A DNA stretch of 64,000 nt from an uncultured Gammaproteobacteria bacterium (GCA_964504365.1 CAZDDW010000003.1:8031-72030); one strand, 5' to 3'; shown: positions 19,758 through 30,144, numbered from the stretch's first letter. Translations and numbers: made by a program. The notes: generated by a model from the sequence alone, not told the origin.

Positions 19758-20945
19758 TTAATTGATAACTTTGGTTACAACTCCAGCTCCTACAGTTCGT
19801 CCACCTTCACGGATAGCAAAGCGCTGTTTTTCCTCAAGAGCAATCGGCTGAATCAACTTAACTGTAACATTAACCTCATCTCCAGGCATAACCATTTCTA
19901 CTCCGTCTGGCAAAGTAACTTCACCGGTAACATCAGAGGTTCGTGTGAAAAACTGTGGCTTGTATCCTTTGAAGAATGGCTTGTGTCGTCCACCCTCTTC
20001 TTTGGTCAAAGCATATACCTGAGCTTCAAACTCTGTGTGTGGAGTAACTGAACCTGGTTTAGCCAAAACCTGTCCGCGCTCAACCTCGTCTTTCTTAGTA
20101 CCACGCAGCAAAATTCCAGCATTATCACCAGCCTGTCCCTGATCAAGAGTTTTGTTAAACATCTCAACACCAGTAACAGTTGTTTTTGTAGTCTCCTTCA
20201 AACCAACCATTTCTACTTCTTCACTAACGTTTACAATACCACGCTCAATACGACCAGTAACCACAGTTCCTCGTCCCTCAATTGAGAAAACGTCTTCGAT
20301 AGGCATCAGGAATGGCTGATCAGTAGCACGTTCTGGCTCTGGAACATTTTCATCAAGAGCTGCTAGAAGATCTTTAATTGACTTTGTGGCTTCTTCATCA
20401 TCTGGATTCTCAAGAGCTTTCAAAGCAGAACCACGAATAATTGGAGTCTCATCACCTGGGAACTCATATTTCTTAAGCAAATCTCGGATCTCCTCCTCAA
20501 CAAGGTCAACCAATTCAGGATCATCAACCTGGTCAACTTTATTCATATAAACAACAATGGCAGGTACACCAACCTGACGAGCAAGCAAAATGTGCTCACG
20601 AGTCTGTGGCATAGGACCATCAGCAGCAGATACTACCAAAATAGCACCGTCCATCTGTGCAGCTCCAGTGATCATGTTCTTCACATAATCAGCGTGCCCT
20701 GGACAGTCAACGTGCGCGTAGTGGCGCTTTTCAGTTTCATATTCAACGTGAGCAGTAGCAATAGTAATTCCACGCTCTCGCTCCTCTGGTGCTTTGTCAA
20801 TCTGGTCAAAAGCTTTTGCTTGACCCTGACCCATATTAGCAGCAACCTGAGTAATAGCCGCAGTTAAAGTTGTTTTACCGTGGTCAACGTGACCAATAGT
20901 ACCAACGTTTACGTGCGGTTTTGATCGATCAAATGTTTCGGCCAT
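19758..20945 (-). CDS. tuf: elongation factor Tu
   Basis: [18 protein letters not shown] and NKVD motifs across the 395 aa protein. Confidence 0.95.
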   Translation of the reverse strand: MAETFDRSKPHVNVGTIGHVDHGKTTLTAAITQVAANMGQGQAKAFDQIDKAPEERERGITIATAHVEYETEKRHYAHVDCPGHADYVKNMITGAAQMDGAILVVSAADGPMPQTREHILLARQVGVPAIVVYMNKVDQVDDPELVDLVEEEIRDLLKKYEFPGDETPIIRGSALKALENPDDEEATKSIKDLLAALDENVPEPERATDQPFLMPIEDVFSIEGRGTVVTGRIERGIVNVSEEVEMVGLKETTKTTVTGVEMFNKTLDQGQAGDNAGILLRGTKKDEVERGQVLAKPGSVTPHTEFEAQVYALTKEEGGRHKPFFKGYKPQFFTRTSDVTGEVTLPDGVEMVMPGDEVNVTVKLIQPIALEEKQRFAIREGGRTVGAGVVTKVIN

Positions 20946-21052
20946 AAATTTGGCTAAAAATAGTAATTAATTCTAAGAAAATAGATTCTAAATGAATGCG
21001 GGCAATAGTATAACAGATACCTTAAAATAATGCAAGTCTAAATAAAGGGGAA

Positions 21053-21463
21053 TTATTCGACTGGCTCAAGGTAAAACTGCTCTTCTGGCTCATCGTCTGA
21101 TTTACCCGCCTTATCTTCGCTTAAGTTAGCGTTAATCTTAACATCTAGCTCTGATTCCTCTTGCACCAACTCTGCCCCTAGCTTATCTATCAACTCCACT
21201 GGCGGTTCAGGAGCAAATTCTTCATCAGACGATGACTCAACTACATCATCGAATATAAAATCCTCATCTAAATCCTCAGGCTCAAAATCGCCAAACATGT
21301 CTTCGTCTCCACAATATGGCTCAATCAAGCCGTTTTCCTCCAACAAGATCTCATATTCGTCTAAATCCATGACCACAAAGGCTTGTTCCCCATCAGGGTC
21401 AGTAACCACCAACTTATCGCCAGTGCGACGAACTAAATCTAAAATGCGTTTAAAGTTATTCAT
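21053..21463 (-). CDS. hypothetical acidic protein whose N-terminus resembles Phd/YefM antitoxins
   Basis: ILDLVRRTGDKLVVTDPDGEQAFVVMDLDEYEILLE fits the YefM beta-alpha pattern, followed by a long tail rich in D and E. A TTGACA-type promoter lies upstream and no toxin partner sits adjacent. Confidence 0.4.
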   Translation of the reverse strand: MNNFKRILDLVRRTGDKLVVTDPDGEQAFVVMDLDEYEILLEENGLIEPYCGDEDMFGDFEPEDLDEDFIFDDVVESSSDEEFAPEPPVELIDKLGAELVQEESELDVKINANLSEDKAGKSDDEPEEQFYLEPVE

Positions 21464-21542
21464 AGTATATTTTAAGTTGAGCTTATCTTAGCTTATTTAC
21501 CCAAACTGTCAAGTGCATATTCTGGGGTTAAGTAGTCGATCA

Positions 21543-21734
21543 GGCCGGCCACTCCTCTTGTCGTCAGAAGCAAAGAGCCGAAGGGTTTTGAATTGTGGAA
21601 CGATCGGAGGCCGGTGTCCTTACTAATTTTCAATTTTCATTCAATAACCAATGACCATTGTGACATTGAAAATTCAATGTAAATTCTAAATTGAAAATTG
21701 TAAATTTATTATCTGAGGCTCCCTGTGGCCGGCC
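21543..21734. mobile_element. MITE-like element copy 1 (about 190 bp, terminal inverted repeats GGCCGGCCAC...GTGGCCGGCC)
   Basis: The left 75 bp (GGCCGGCCACTCCTCTTGTCGTCAGAAGCAAAGAGCCGAAGGGTTTTGAATTGTGGAACGATCGGAGGCCGG) and right end (CTGAGGCTCCCTGTGGCCGGCC) are near-identical to the ends of a second copy at 39009..39218. The termini are inverted repeats and the interior is AT-rich. Confidence 0.5.
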
Positions 21735-21740
21735 AAAAGA

Positions 21741-21770
21741 AAAGGCCCCGCCGCAGTCAAGCGACGGGGT
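21741..21770 (-). terminator. terminator of the 21798..23015 gene
   Basis: ccccgccgc-agtcaa-gcgacgggg hairpin followed by TTTTCTTTT on the minus strand. Confidence 0.5.
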
Positions 21771-21797
21771 CGTGTTGAACGATGGAGCCAGTTCGTT

Positions 21798-23015
21798 CTA
21801 CTGGGGAGTCTGTACCTGAGCCACGGGTTCGGGCGGCGTGTTGAGCGCGGCCAGCTGTCCGGCGACCATGGTCTGGTAACTCGCCGTGTACTTCAGCGTA
21901 CGCACCGTGCGCAGATCCGTGGCCACTCGCGCGGTCATGCCGCGGACCTCGTCGGCCTCCATACCGGACCACTGGGCAGCCAGAGTCAGCCAGACCCGGG
22001 TGTTGACCACCCAGTCCTCGTACTGCTGGACCGTGCCACCGAGAGCCACGATGTCCTCGTAGCGGCGCATGTAGAATCCGTCATACCCGGATCCGGTCGT
22101 GGTCTCGGCATCGATCTTGCGCCGCAGCTCGACCGGGTCCACGAACGAACCGGACCAGTAGCCGCTGATGTAGTCGTGCGCGTTGTTGGTCAGATGCTCG
22201 GGCAGCATCGGCTTGACCGTTTCGTAGTCCTGGCTGAGGATCAGCCAGGAACCGACGTTGCTCAGCACGTCCTCGTCGAGCACGGCCTGGCGTGCGGCCA
22301 GGATGAGCTCCTCGCAGGGACGATCGACATCGCCGTCGACCTCGCAGATCTCACCGTTGATCAGGCCGTGGTAGGAGATCGTGTCCCCGAGACCACCGAG
22401 AACCCAGGCACCAACGAAGGTGCGTGCGTTGACCGGAACCGGGAAGGTCTCGGCCAGGCGGGTGATCAGCTCGGGCTGACCGTCGGTGTTGACGACCAGT
22501 GCCTGCTCCTCACGCATCAGCTGCATGGCATTCAGACCCTCGGGCAAGGCCGGGAATCCGCCGGTATCGAGGGCGGCCGTGAAGGCACGCAGGGTGTCGA
22601 ACGGCTTCTTCTTCTCGTCGAAGCTCTTCTGCTGCTCGGCATTGAACTTGTCGGCCAACGCCTCCAGGCTCGCCGGCGTGGCTGCCAGCTCCGCCTCGAC
22701 CTTGGTCAGATCGGATTCGAGGGTGGCGATCTTGGCCTTCAGCGCGGCCATATTCTCGCGGTGCTCCCGCTCCTCGTCGGTCTCGCCGATCGGGGGCATG
22801 CGCTGCTCCCCAGACGAATCGTCGGCGACTGCATTGGTCTCGTCCCCGTCCGCAGTCGGATCCGCGGGCACGGTCTCCTCGGCTGCCTCGGCCTCGTCGT
22901 TTCCGAAAGCCCAGCGCAAGGCCGGCTTGAAACCGATCACGATGACGAACAGCACAACGCCGATACCGACGAACCAGGGCCAGCGGCGGGAACTCTTGGT
23001 GGTGGGATCTCCCAT
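21798..23015 (-). CDS. GC-rich hypothetical type II membrane protein: short N-terminal tail, one transmembrane helix, acidic linker, coiled coil, and a ~270 aa C-terminal domain
   Basis: Start at MGDPTTKSS with ribosome-binding site gaggagag; transmembrane segment WPWFVGIGVVLFVIVIGF; coiled coil ENMAALKAKIATLESDLTKVEAELAA. Far more GC-rich than the flanking tuf and fusA genes. Has its own TTGACA, 17 nt, TATTAT promoter and its own terminator. Confidence 0.5.
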   Translation of the reverse strand: MGDPTTKSSRRWPWFVGIGVVLFVIVIGFKPALRWAFGNDEAEAAEETVPADPTADGDETNAVADDSSGEQRMPPIGETDEEREHRENMAALKAKIATLESDLTKVEAELAATPASLEALADKFNAEQQKSFDEKKKPFDTLRAFTAALDTGGFPALPEGLNAMQLMREEQALVVNTDGQPELITRLAETFPVPVNARTFVGAWVLGGLGDTISYHGLINGEICEVDGDVDRPCEELILAARQAVLDEDVLSNVGSWLILSQDYETVKPMLPEHLTNNAHDYISGYWSGSFVDPVELRRKIDAETTTGSGYDGFYMRRYEDIVALGGTVQQYEDWVVNTRVWLTLAAQWSGMEADEVRGMTARVATDLRTVRTLKYTASYQTMVAGQLAALNTPPEPVAQVQTPQ

Positions 23016-23130
23016 GATTTCTCTCCTCTTCTCGATTGAGATGAACGTTGTTGAAGCGACCCTCCATAGGCCGCGCTTGGGTTGATCTCGCGCTTGACTG
23101 TCCACCAAATCGGACAGTTAGCAACGCCGA

Positions 23131-23159
23131 ATAATAACACGTTTAAGCTTATCTGTCAA
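23131..23159 (-). promoter_or_regulatory. consensus sigma70 promoter of the 21798..23015 gene
   Basis: The minus strand reads TTGACA gataagcttaaacgtgt TATTAT, with AT-rich UP-like sequence (aagcttatttaagc) upstream. Confidence 0.5.
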
Positions 23160-23187
23160 CCCCAACAGGCTTAAATAAGCTAAAAAG

Positions 23188-23215
23188 AAAAACCCGTTGC
23201 AAGCAACGGGCAGGG
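23188..23215 (-). terminator. terminator of the 23235..23920 gene
   Basis: cccgttgc-aag-caacggg hairpin followed by TTTTTCTTTTT on the minus strand. Confidence 0.5.
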
Positions 23216-23234
23216 CCTAGCCCCTAGAGTCGTT

Positions 23235-23920
23235 CTACTGTGCTTCGGGCCACTTCTCGGGCAGCTCGGCCAGCATGCGATCGATGTCTTCCCGATAGGC
23301 CTCCGTATACAGGAGACCCTCCGGCGGATTGACCAGAGTGGCTTGAGCAGCCTTGAGCGAGGTCTCGGCAATTGACCGGCTGGTACAGCGGAAGGTCTGA
23401 ACTCCATCCCAGTACCGGGCCGTCGCGTGCTCGGGTGTTCCTTCTTCGAAGCACCCGTACAGAGCAATCCAGAGATGGAGGCTCTTGCATCCGTCTGGAT
23501 GATTGGCAAAGACCTCGTTGCCGAGCGCGTTGATCTCATCCTCATCAAGGAAGCTCAACGCTTCGCAACGAGCTGCTTCCCGCTCTTCGGCCTGCTCTGA
23601 CATGTTCTGCACGATCTCAGCCTTGAGACGCTCGTTCTCAGCCTTGAACTCGTCCAGCTCTTCCTGGAACGGATTGACCTCAGGCTCTTCAGGAACCGGA
23701 TCCATAGGTACGGCATTGGCAGCCTGCCCAGAATCACTATTCAGGGGCAGAAGACCAAAACAATCCCAACCGTTCCGGATATCCAAGTACCCCATTCCAA
23801 TGATCACCAGAAGAAAGACCAGGACCACCAAGACCCATAACCACCATAAACTCCTGCGCGAACCAGCCGCCCCAGAACCACTGGCGTCGTGTACCTTCTT
23901 TGTTTTATCGTCGGACATGA
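23235..23920 (-). CDS. GC-rich hypothetical type II membrane protein with the same architecture as its neighbour (transmembrane helix, Pro/Glu linker, coiled coil, ~110 aa Cys-containing C-terminal domain)
   Basis: Start at MSDDKTKK with ribosome-binding site gaaagg; transmembrane segment LWWLWVLVVLVFLLVIIGMGY; coiled coil EELDEFKAENERLKAEIVQNMSEQAEE; own promoter and terminator. Confidence 0.5.
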
Positions 23921-23973
23921 TCTGCCTTTCAACAGTAGAGCTGTTTAGTGAATGAACATTTTCGTAACGCAAA

Positions 23974-24002
23974 ATAATAGCATAAATAAGCCTAATTGTC
24001 AA
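23974..24002 (-). promoter_or_regulatory. consensus sigma70 promoter of the 23235..23920 gene
   Basis: The minus strand reads TTGACA attaggcttatttatgc TATTAT. Confidence 0.5.
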
Positions 24003-24029
24003 GGTAGTGAGCACAAAGCCGACGAACGG

Positions 24030-24062
24030 AAAAGACAAAACCGACGAACATTCGTCGGTTTT
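24030..24062 (-). terminator. fusA terminator
   Basis: Perfect hairpin ccgacgaa-ca-ttcgtcgg followed by TTTTGTCTTTT on the minus strand. Confidence 0.6.
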
Positions 24063-24087
24063 GTGCTTATTTTAGTCGGTTTCGTGC

Positions 24088-26172
24088 TTACTCTTTCTTC
24101 CCTCGCTTTTCAATAATCGCATCAGATACATTGCGTGGAACATCCTCATAGTGATCAAATTCCATTGAATAGCTAGCTCGTCCCTGAGTAATCGAACGCA
24201 ATTCAGTAGCATAACCAAACATCTCAGCCAACGGCACAAACGCTTCAACCACTTTCATGTTTCCACGATCACGCATTTCCTGAATCTTGGCTCGCTTAGA
24301 ATTCAAATCACCAACAACTGTTCCCATAAAATCTTCCGGTGTCACCACCTCAACTTTCATCACAGGCTCTTGCAAAGTAATTCCAGCTGCCTTGGCTGCG
24401 GCTTGGAAAGCCATAGAACCAGAAATCTTAAACGCAGCCTCAGAAGAGTCAACTTCGTGATAAGAACCATCATAAACAGTACATTTAATATCTAGCACTG
24501 GATATCCAGCCAACACACCACGCTCCATCGCCTCTTTAACACCCTTGTTAATCGGTTGGATATATTCCTTTGGAATCACACCACCTTTAATCTCATCAGT
24601 AAATTCATAACCACCACCAGCCTCAAGAGGCTCAATTCGCAACCAACAGTGACCGTACTGACCACGACCACCAGACTGACGAACAAATTTCCCCTCAGCT
24701 TCAGCCAACTTTTTGATCGACTCTTTGTAAGCCACCTGCGGAGCACCAACATTGGCCTCTACTTTAAACTCGCGCTTCATTCTATCAACAATAATATCTA
24801 AGTGCAGTTCTCCCATTCCAGAAATAATTGTTTGCAAAGTTTCATCATCTGTACGCACTTTGAAAGTTGGGTCCTCTTCAGCTAACTTAGCTAAAGCAAC
24901 TCCCATCTTTTCCTGGTCAGGCTTTGTCTTTGGTTCAATAGCAACAGAAATCACAGGTTCTGGGAATGTAATATTTTCCAAAACCACTGGATTATTTTCA
25001 TCACACAATGTTTGTCCGGTAGTCGTCCCTTTCAAACCAACTACAGCCGCAATGTCACCAGCATAAATCTCATCAATCTCTTCACGGTGATTAGCGTGCA
25101 TACGCAACAGTCGTCCGATGCGTTCTTTCTTTCCAGTTGATGCATTCAACACATAAGAACCTGACTTCAACACACCAGAGTAAACGCGGATAAAAGCTAA
25201 CTTACCAACAAACGGATCAGTAGCAATCTTGAATGCTAATGCAGCAAACGGCTCCTCATCAGAAGCTGGACGTGGAATAACTTTTTCTTCATCGTCTGGA
25301 TCAGTTCCTTCAACAGGTGGAACCTCCAATGGACTTGGTAGGTAATCAACAATCGCATCTAGCAATGGCTGCACACCCTTGTTCTTCAAGGCAGTACCAC
25401 AAAGCACAGGGATAATCTCTAGTTTCAAAACAGCCTCGTGCAAAATCTTTTTAATATCTTCCAAAGGGATCTCTTCACCAGCCAAATATTTTTCCATGGC
25501 CGCCTCATCATTTTCCACAATCGCTTCCATTAATTTCCCGCGCCACTCATCAGCTAACTCTTTCATGTCTTCAGGAATATCAGTCTCTTCCATTTCTTGC
25601 CCAAGATCATCTTTATAAATAGTTGCCTTCATGGTTAACAAATCAACAATCCCAGTAAACTTATCTTCAGCACCGATTGGCAGCTGCAAAGGATATGCTT
25701 TCTTGGTCAACCGCTCATGAATCGAATTCAGATCGTAAAAGAAATCTGCACCGGTTCGATCTAGTTTGTTAATAAAACAAATTCGCGGCACATTGTACTT
25801 GTCAGCCTGGTGCCAAACAGTCTCTGACTGTGGCTCAACACCAGCAACACCGTCAAAGATAACAGCACCACCGTCAAGCACACGCAATGAACGCTCCACC
25901 TCAACGGTAAAGTCTACGTGCCCTGGGGTATCAATAATATTAACTCGGTGATCTTTCCAGAAACAAGTTGTTGCAGCGGAAGTAATAGTAATACCGCGCT
26001 CTTGCTCTTGCTCCATCCAGTCCATCTCAGCTTCACCCTCATGCACCTCACCGATCTTATGCTTTTTACCAGTATAAAACAGAACTCGCTCAGTAACCGT
26101 AGTCTTACCAGCGTCAATATGAGCAATGATTCCAATGTTACGAGTTTTCTCAAGTGAATATTCTCTTGGCAT
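24088..26172 (-). CDS. fusA: elongation factor G
   Basis: 694 aa with [17 protein letters not shown] and NKLDR motifs. Confidence 0.95.
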   Translation of the reverse strand: MPREYSLEKTRNIGIIAHIDAGKTTVTERVLFYTGKKHKIGEVHEGEAEMDWMEQEQERGITITSAATTCFWKDHRVNIIDTPGHVDFTVEVERSLRVLDGGAVIFDGVAGVEPQSETVWHQADKYNVPRICFINKLDRTGADFFYDLNSIHERLTKKAYPLQLPIGAEDKFTGIVDLLTMKATIYKDDLGQEMEETDIPEDMKELADEWRGKLMEAIVENDEAAMEKYLAGEEIPLEDIKKILHEAVLKLEIIPVLCGTALKNKGVQPLLDAIVDYLPSPLEVPPVEGTDPDDEEKVIPRPASDEEPFAALAFKIATDPFVGKLAFIRVYSGVLKSGSYVLNASTGKKERIGRLLRMHANHREEIDEIYAGDIAAVVGLKGTTTGQTLCDENNPVVLENITFPEPVISVAIEPKTKPDQEKMGVALAKLAEEDPTFKVRTDDETLQTIISGMGELHLDIIVDRMKREFKVEANVGAPQVAYKESIKKLAEAEGKFVRQSGGRGQYGHCWLRIEPLEAGGGYEFTDEIKGGVIPKEYIQPINKGVKEAMERGVLAGYPVLDIKCTVYDGSYHEVDSSEAAFKISGSMAFQAAAKAAGITLQEPVMKVEVVTPEDFMGTVVGDLNSKRAKIQEMRDRGNMKVVEAFVPLAEMFGYATELRSITQGRASYSMEFDHYEDVPRNVSDAIIEKRGKKE

Positions 26173-26190
26173 ATTTTTGTATTTGATCGA

Positions 26191-26658
26191 TTAGCGTGCA
26201 AAGTGAGCAAAGGCACGGTTTGCCTCAGCCATTTTCTGCACATCAGTTTTCTTTTTAATAGCATCGCCCTCATTGTTGGCTGCGGCAATAAACTCATCAG
26301 CTAGACGATCAGCCATTGGACGACCTTTTTTGCTACGAGCAGCAGCCAACAACCATCGATAGCTCAAAGCAACACGGCGCTCGCCGCGTACAGGAATAGG
26401 GATCTGATAGTTGGCTCCACCGATTCGACGTGAACGAACCTCAAGTGATGGACCAATATTCTTCATGGCAGTATCAAAAACCTCTACTGGATCTTGCTTA
26501 GTTTTCTCAGCCACAATATCAAAAGCATCGTAAACTACTTTCTGTGCAGTTGACTTCTTTCCCCCTTTCATAACGTAATTAATAAATTTAGCAACGAGAA
26601 CGTTGCTATACTTGGGGTCGGGTGTAATAACCCGCTTTGGTGCTTGTTTCCCACGCAT
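26191..26658 (-). CDS. rpsG: 30S ribosomal protein S7
   Basis: [36 protein letters not shown]. Confidence 0.9.
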   Translation of the reverse strand: MRGKQAPKRVITPDPKYSNVLVAKFINYVMKGGKKSTAQKVVYDAFDIVAEKTKQDPVEVFDTAMKNIGPSLEVRSRRIGGANYQIPIPVRGERRVALSYRWLLAAARSKKGRPMADRLADEFIAAANNEGDAIKKKTDVQKMAEANRAFAHFAR

Positions 26659-26732
26659 ATGTTCTGGTTAAGCCAGCGTTTCTTCCCCCGTGGCGAGGTA
26701 CTGCGCTAGCAAGACTTAAATGATTTTAACGT

Positions 26733-27152
26733 TTAGCTTTTAGGCTTTTTAGTTCCGTATTTAGATCGACTACGCTTTCGTCCATCAACACCCTGAGTGT
26801 CATAAACTCCACGAACAACGTGATACCGAACACCAGGCAAATCTTTCACTCGACCACCACGGATCATCACGATTGAGTGCTCCTGCAAATTGTGACCTTC
26901 ACCTGGAATGTAAGCTGTTACCTCAGTACCATTTGAAAGACGCACACGAGCAATCTTTCGAATAGCTGAGTTTGGTTTCTTTGGTGTAGCAGTTGTCACC
27001 TTAACACAAACACCACGCTTAAAGGCACTTCCCTTTTTGAGCGCAGTAGTTTTTCTATGCAAAGAATCCAGCGTGTACTGCATTGCTGGAGATTTACTGT
27101 TTTTCTTTGAGGTCTTCCGACCCTTTCTAATCAATTGAGAAATTGTAGGCAT
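26733..27152 (-). CDS. rpsL: 30S ribosomal protein S12
   Basis: The start is [13 protein letters not shown]; PKKPNSA is also present. Confidence 0.9.
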   Translation of the reverse strand: MPTISQLIRKGRKTSKKNSKSPAMQYTLDSLHRKTTALKKGSAFKRGVCVKVTTATPKKPNSAIRKIARVRLSNGTEVTAYIPGEGHNLQEHSIVMIRGGRVKDLPGVRYHVVRGVYDTQGVDGRKRSRSKYGTKKPKS

Positions 27153-27238
27153 ATTTCTGAAGTGCCGAAATAATAACATGAGGTTAAAATTAGGTCAAGT
27201 GGCTCTGTGAGGAAAACATTGGTCAGAGCATAATAAGC

Positions 27239-27267
27239 TTGACAATAATACATTTTTCTGTTAATGT
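27239..27267 (+). promoter_or_regulatory. sigma70-like promoter (TTGACA, 17 nt, TAATGT)
   Basis: TTGACA ataatacatttttctgt TAATGT lies upstream of the 27315 gene, preceded by taagctt. Confidence 0.4.
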
Positions 27268-27314
27268 TTCCTATTATTCCTGATCCTTCAACTAACAATG
27301 CAGAAAGGGTTGCC

Positions 27315-27752
27315 ATGTCAACCAAACCCAGAACCTTGCGTAGAGTCATCCGTGAATTCTGTGCCGATCATGGCATCGTCTATGACCAATCTATCGTGAA
27401 CCTTCGTTTCAGAGATACGGCAATTGCCAAGTTACTCAGCCGCAAGGTACTGCAGGTAGAACAAGTACCCCAACAACAGTTCCTCGTTTGGACTGAAGCG
27501 GCCATACGTATTGGTATGCGTCAGCCGGTGTTCGAAATCACATTCCAAGATAGGCCGGACCAGACTCTAGTGATGTTCTTGAATACGACATCCGATGATG
27601 AAGAGGAAGAAGAACCTTTGACAGAGGTTGATTTACTCTTCCGTCATGAGTTGGACCGTTCAATCGATACTGATACCGACGAGGTTGTGGGCGGCAGGAC
27701 TCTTGATCAGCAAGAGTTCGATGATTGGCAAAGAAGCGATGCCAAGGACTAG
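27315..27752 (+). CDS. hypothetical acidic protein
   Basis: Start at MSTKPRTLRRV with ribosome-binding site aaaggg; EEEEE stretch; hairpin terminator at 27786..27815. Confidence 0.4.
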   Translation: MSTKPRTLRRVIREFCADHGIVYDQSIVNLRFRDTAIAKLLSRKVLQVEQVPQQQFLVWTEAAIRIGMRQPVFEITFQDRPDQTLVMFLNTTSDDEEEEEPLTEVDLLFRHELDRSIDTDTDEVVGGRTLDQQEFDDWQRSDAKD

Positions 27753-27837
27753 ACCACCCCATCCAGATGACCCTTACGACAACAACACCGCGCGGTCTCC
27801 CGTGCGGCTTTTTCTTTTTCTAATTTTCTCTATATCA

Positions 27838-28518
27838 CTAACCTGCGAAAACCAAACTCAATATGGCAATACAATTCTCACCAACCAAAGCGCTGCAGGT
27901 TTGGAATGCTGGGAGGCTAATGAAGAAGAAGACTGGGATACTGGTTAGGATAGCGATAAAAACTGCAAGAAATAGAATCTGCGGACCACGCACAGCAACG
28001 AACTTGCGCAAGGCTGCATACTTTGGTGCGTCAAAGATGGCGAACAGTAATTTCGAACCATCAAGCGGATGGATCGGGATAATATTGAAGAACATCAGGA
28101 ACAAATTGATTAGTACCAGCAAGAACAGGAAGACAACTAGTAGATTCAATTCAACTAACCAGCTGCCGTTGAGCATCAAACGCAGGACCAAGGCCGATAG
28201 CATGGCCAAGACCAAATTCGAAGCAGGCCCAGCTAAACCAACAATCACAGAATCCCACTTCGGGTTCTTTAGATTATTCGGATTATATGGCACTGGCTTG
28301 GCCCAACCGAATCCGAGTAACAACAGCGGAATAAATCCCATCCAGTCAATATGAGCCAATGGATTCAGGGTTAAGCGACCGGCCCGCTCAGCTGTATGAT
28401 CTCCGCGAAGCTTAGCAGCCAGACCATGCGAAAACTCGTGCACAGTTAAAGCAACCAGGATGGCCAAGATCCAGGCAAAAGCGATTGGCGCGTTGTTCCA
28501 AAGTAATGATAAAAACAT
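27838..28518 (-). CDS. site-2 protease family zinc metallopeptidase (peptidase M50)
   Basis: HEFSHG zinc motif and the NIIPIHPLDGSK second motif, with multiple transmembrane segments. Confidence 0.7.
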   Translation of the reverse strand: MFLSLLWNNAPIAFAWILAILVALTVHEFSHGLAAKLRGDHTAERAGRLTLNPLAHIDWMGFIPLLLLGFGWAKPVPYNPNNLKNPKWDSVIVGLAGPASNLVLAMLSALVLRLMLNGSWLVELNLLVVFLFLLVLINLFLMFFNIIPIHPLDGSKLLFAIFDAPKYAALRKFVAVRGPQILFLAVFIAILTSIPVFFFISLPAFQTCSALVGENCIAILSLVFAG

Positions 28519-28574
28519 GCCGCTATTCTACCCTACTTGCCAAAATTAGTCGACCATGATAGTATCTCGACGTT

Positions 28575-28805
28575 ATGTCAAAGTTCTGCGAGGCCTGTGG
28601 CCGTGGACCGCTTTCAGCACAAAGCCGCTCAAAGTCCATGATGATCACTAAGCGCCGTCAAAAAGTCAATCTACAAAACAAAACCATTGATGGTAAAAAG
28701 GTAAAACTTTGTACCAAGTGCTTGAAGTCTAGTACTAAGGAAGGTTTTGTACTCAAGTTCGGAGCCAAGCCAAGAGTTGGTAAACGAACTAAGAAGAGTA
28801 AATAA
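28575..28805 (+). CDS. rpmB: 50S ribosomal protein L28
   Basis: MSKFCEACGRGPLSAQSRSKSMMITKRRQKVNLQ. Confidence 0.85.
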   Translation: MSKFCEACGRGPLSAQSRSKSMMITKRRQKVNLQNKTIDGKKVKLCTKCLKSSTKEGFVLKFGAKPRVGKRTKKSK

Positions 28806-28848
28806 AGGAAACAAAAAATCACGACCTGGCGTCGCGATTTTTGAATTC

Positions 28849-30144
28849 TCATTTTCTGATTATATCTGCTCCTATTCCGCGCAACTTTTCTTCTAAACGC
28901 TCGTACCCGCGATCTAAATGTTCGATCCCTGTCAGCGTTGATGTTCCTTCAGCAACCAAGGCAGCAAGCACCAAAGCCAGTCCTGCGCGAATGTCTGGAA
29001 CAACAATATCTGTTGCCGATAACTTGGTCGCACCACTAACAATCGCTGAATGTTTATGATTCTTGTCTTTGAAACGACACGGCAATTCACCTAAACATTT
29101 ATAAGATCGCTCAACATTTGCCCCCATCGAATTCAAAGTTTCTGTAAACCCGAGCCGATCTTCGTATACAGTTTCGTGCACACGCGAGACTCCGGTCACT
29201 TGAGTTAGCAAAACAACAAACGGTTGCATCCAGTCAGTTCTAAATCCCGGATACGTATCAGTTTCAACGTCAATGCTGTGATACTCTCCGTTGGATTGAA
29301 ATAAGATGCCGTCATCTCGCACTTCATATACCCCACCAAGCCGACGGACTGCATTCAAAAAAGTAATCATGTATTCATGCTGTGCACCGCGAACGAATAC
29401 TTCACCTCGTGTTGCCAATGCAGCGCAGGCATAGCTTGCTGCTTCCAACGCATCTGGAATCACTTGCACCTGACACCCGTGTAATTTCTCAACACCAACG
29501 ATCTCAATAACTCGGTTGGCTCGGACCTCAACAATCGCCCCCATTTTCTGCAACATCTTAACTAACTCAAAAATCTCTGGTTCAACAGCTGCGTTGCGAA
29601 TCACGGTTCGTCCTTCAGCTAAGACACCAGCAAACAAACAAGTCTCAGTTGCACCAACCGACGGATACGGTAACTCGATCAATGCCCCGCGTAGTCGACC
29701 ATCAACAGTTGCATGATATGCATCGCCTCGAGATTCAAATTTGGCTCCCATCTGTTCCAAGGCATCAGTATGAAAATTCACCGGACGCGGTCCGATCTTG
29801 TCTCCACCGACAATTGGCACAGTTGCTTCACCTGCGCGATGTAACAAAGGTGCAATCGCTAAAACACTTAAACGATTCTTGCGCGACAACTTGGTCACCT
29901 CAGTGCTTGTGATCGAACCGGTTCGCGTTGTCACCACGTGATCATCCCAAGAAACCGAAGCACCGACCGTTTCCAAAATCTCCTGCGTGATTGCAGTCTC
30001 GTTCTGCTTTGGGGCATTGGCAACAACAACTTCCTCGTCTGTGAGCAAAGACGCCAATAACAATTTCGAGGCCGAATTTTTGGTCCCAGACAATTCAACT
30101 TCACCTTTCAATGGCTTGCCACCAGTGATTAAAAACGATTCCAT
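28849..30144 (-). CDS. murA: UDP-N-acetylglucosamine 1-carboxyvinyltransferase
   Basis: 431 aa beginning MESFLITGGKPLKGEVELSGTKNSASKLLLASLL, the EPT-fold protein MurA. Confidence 0.9.
   Translation of the reverse strand: MESFLITGGKPLKGEVELSGTKNSASKLLLASLLTDEEVVVANAPKQNETAITQEILETVGASVSWDDHVVTTRTGSITSTEVTKLSRKNRLSVLAIAPLLHRAGEATVPIVGGDKIGPRPVNFHTDALEQMGAKFESRGDAYHATVDGRLRGALIELPYPSVGATETCLFAGVLAEGRTVIRNAAVEPEIFELVKMLQKMGAIVEVRANRVIEIVGVEKLHGCQVQVIPDALEAASYACAALATRGEVFVRGAQHEYMITFLNAVRRLGGVYEVRDDGILFQSNGEYHSIDVETDTYPGFRTDWMQPFVVLLTQVTGVSRVHETVYEDRLGFTETLNSMGANVERSYKCLGELPCRFKDKNHKHSAIVSGATKLSATDIVVPDIRAGLALVLAALVAEGTSTLTGIEHLDRGYERLEEKLRGIGADIIRK

Noticed and set aside
22176-23140. Multiple long ORFs in both strands (22176..23039 +, 22486..23085 +, 22510..23124 -, 23180..23548 -, 23503..23955 +) in the GC-rich block
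   Set aside because: High GC suppresses stop codons in all frames. Only the frames with a ribosome-binding site, a transmembrane helix and coiled-coil periodicity were kept; the rest are Arg/Gly/Pro-rich garbage typical of off-frame GC-rich DNA.
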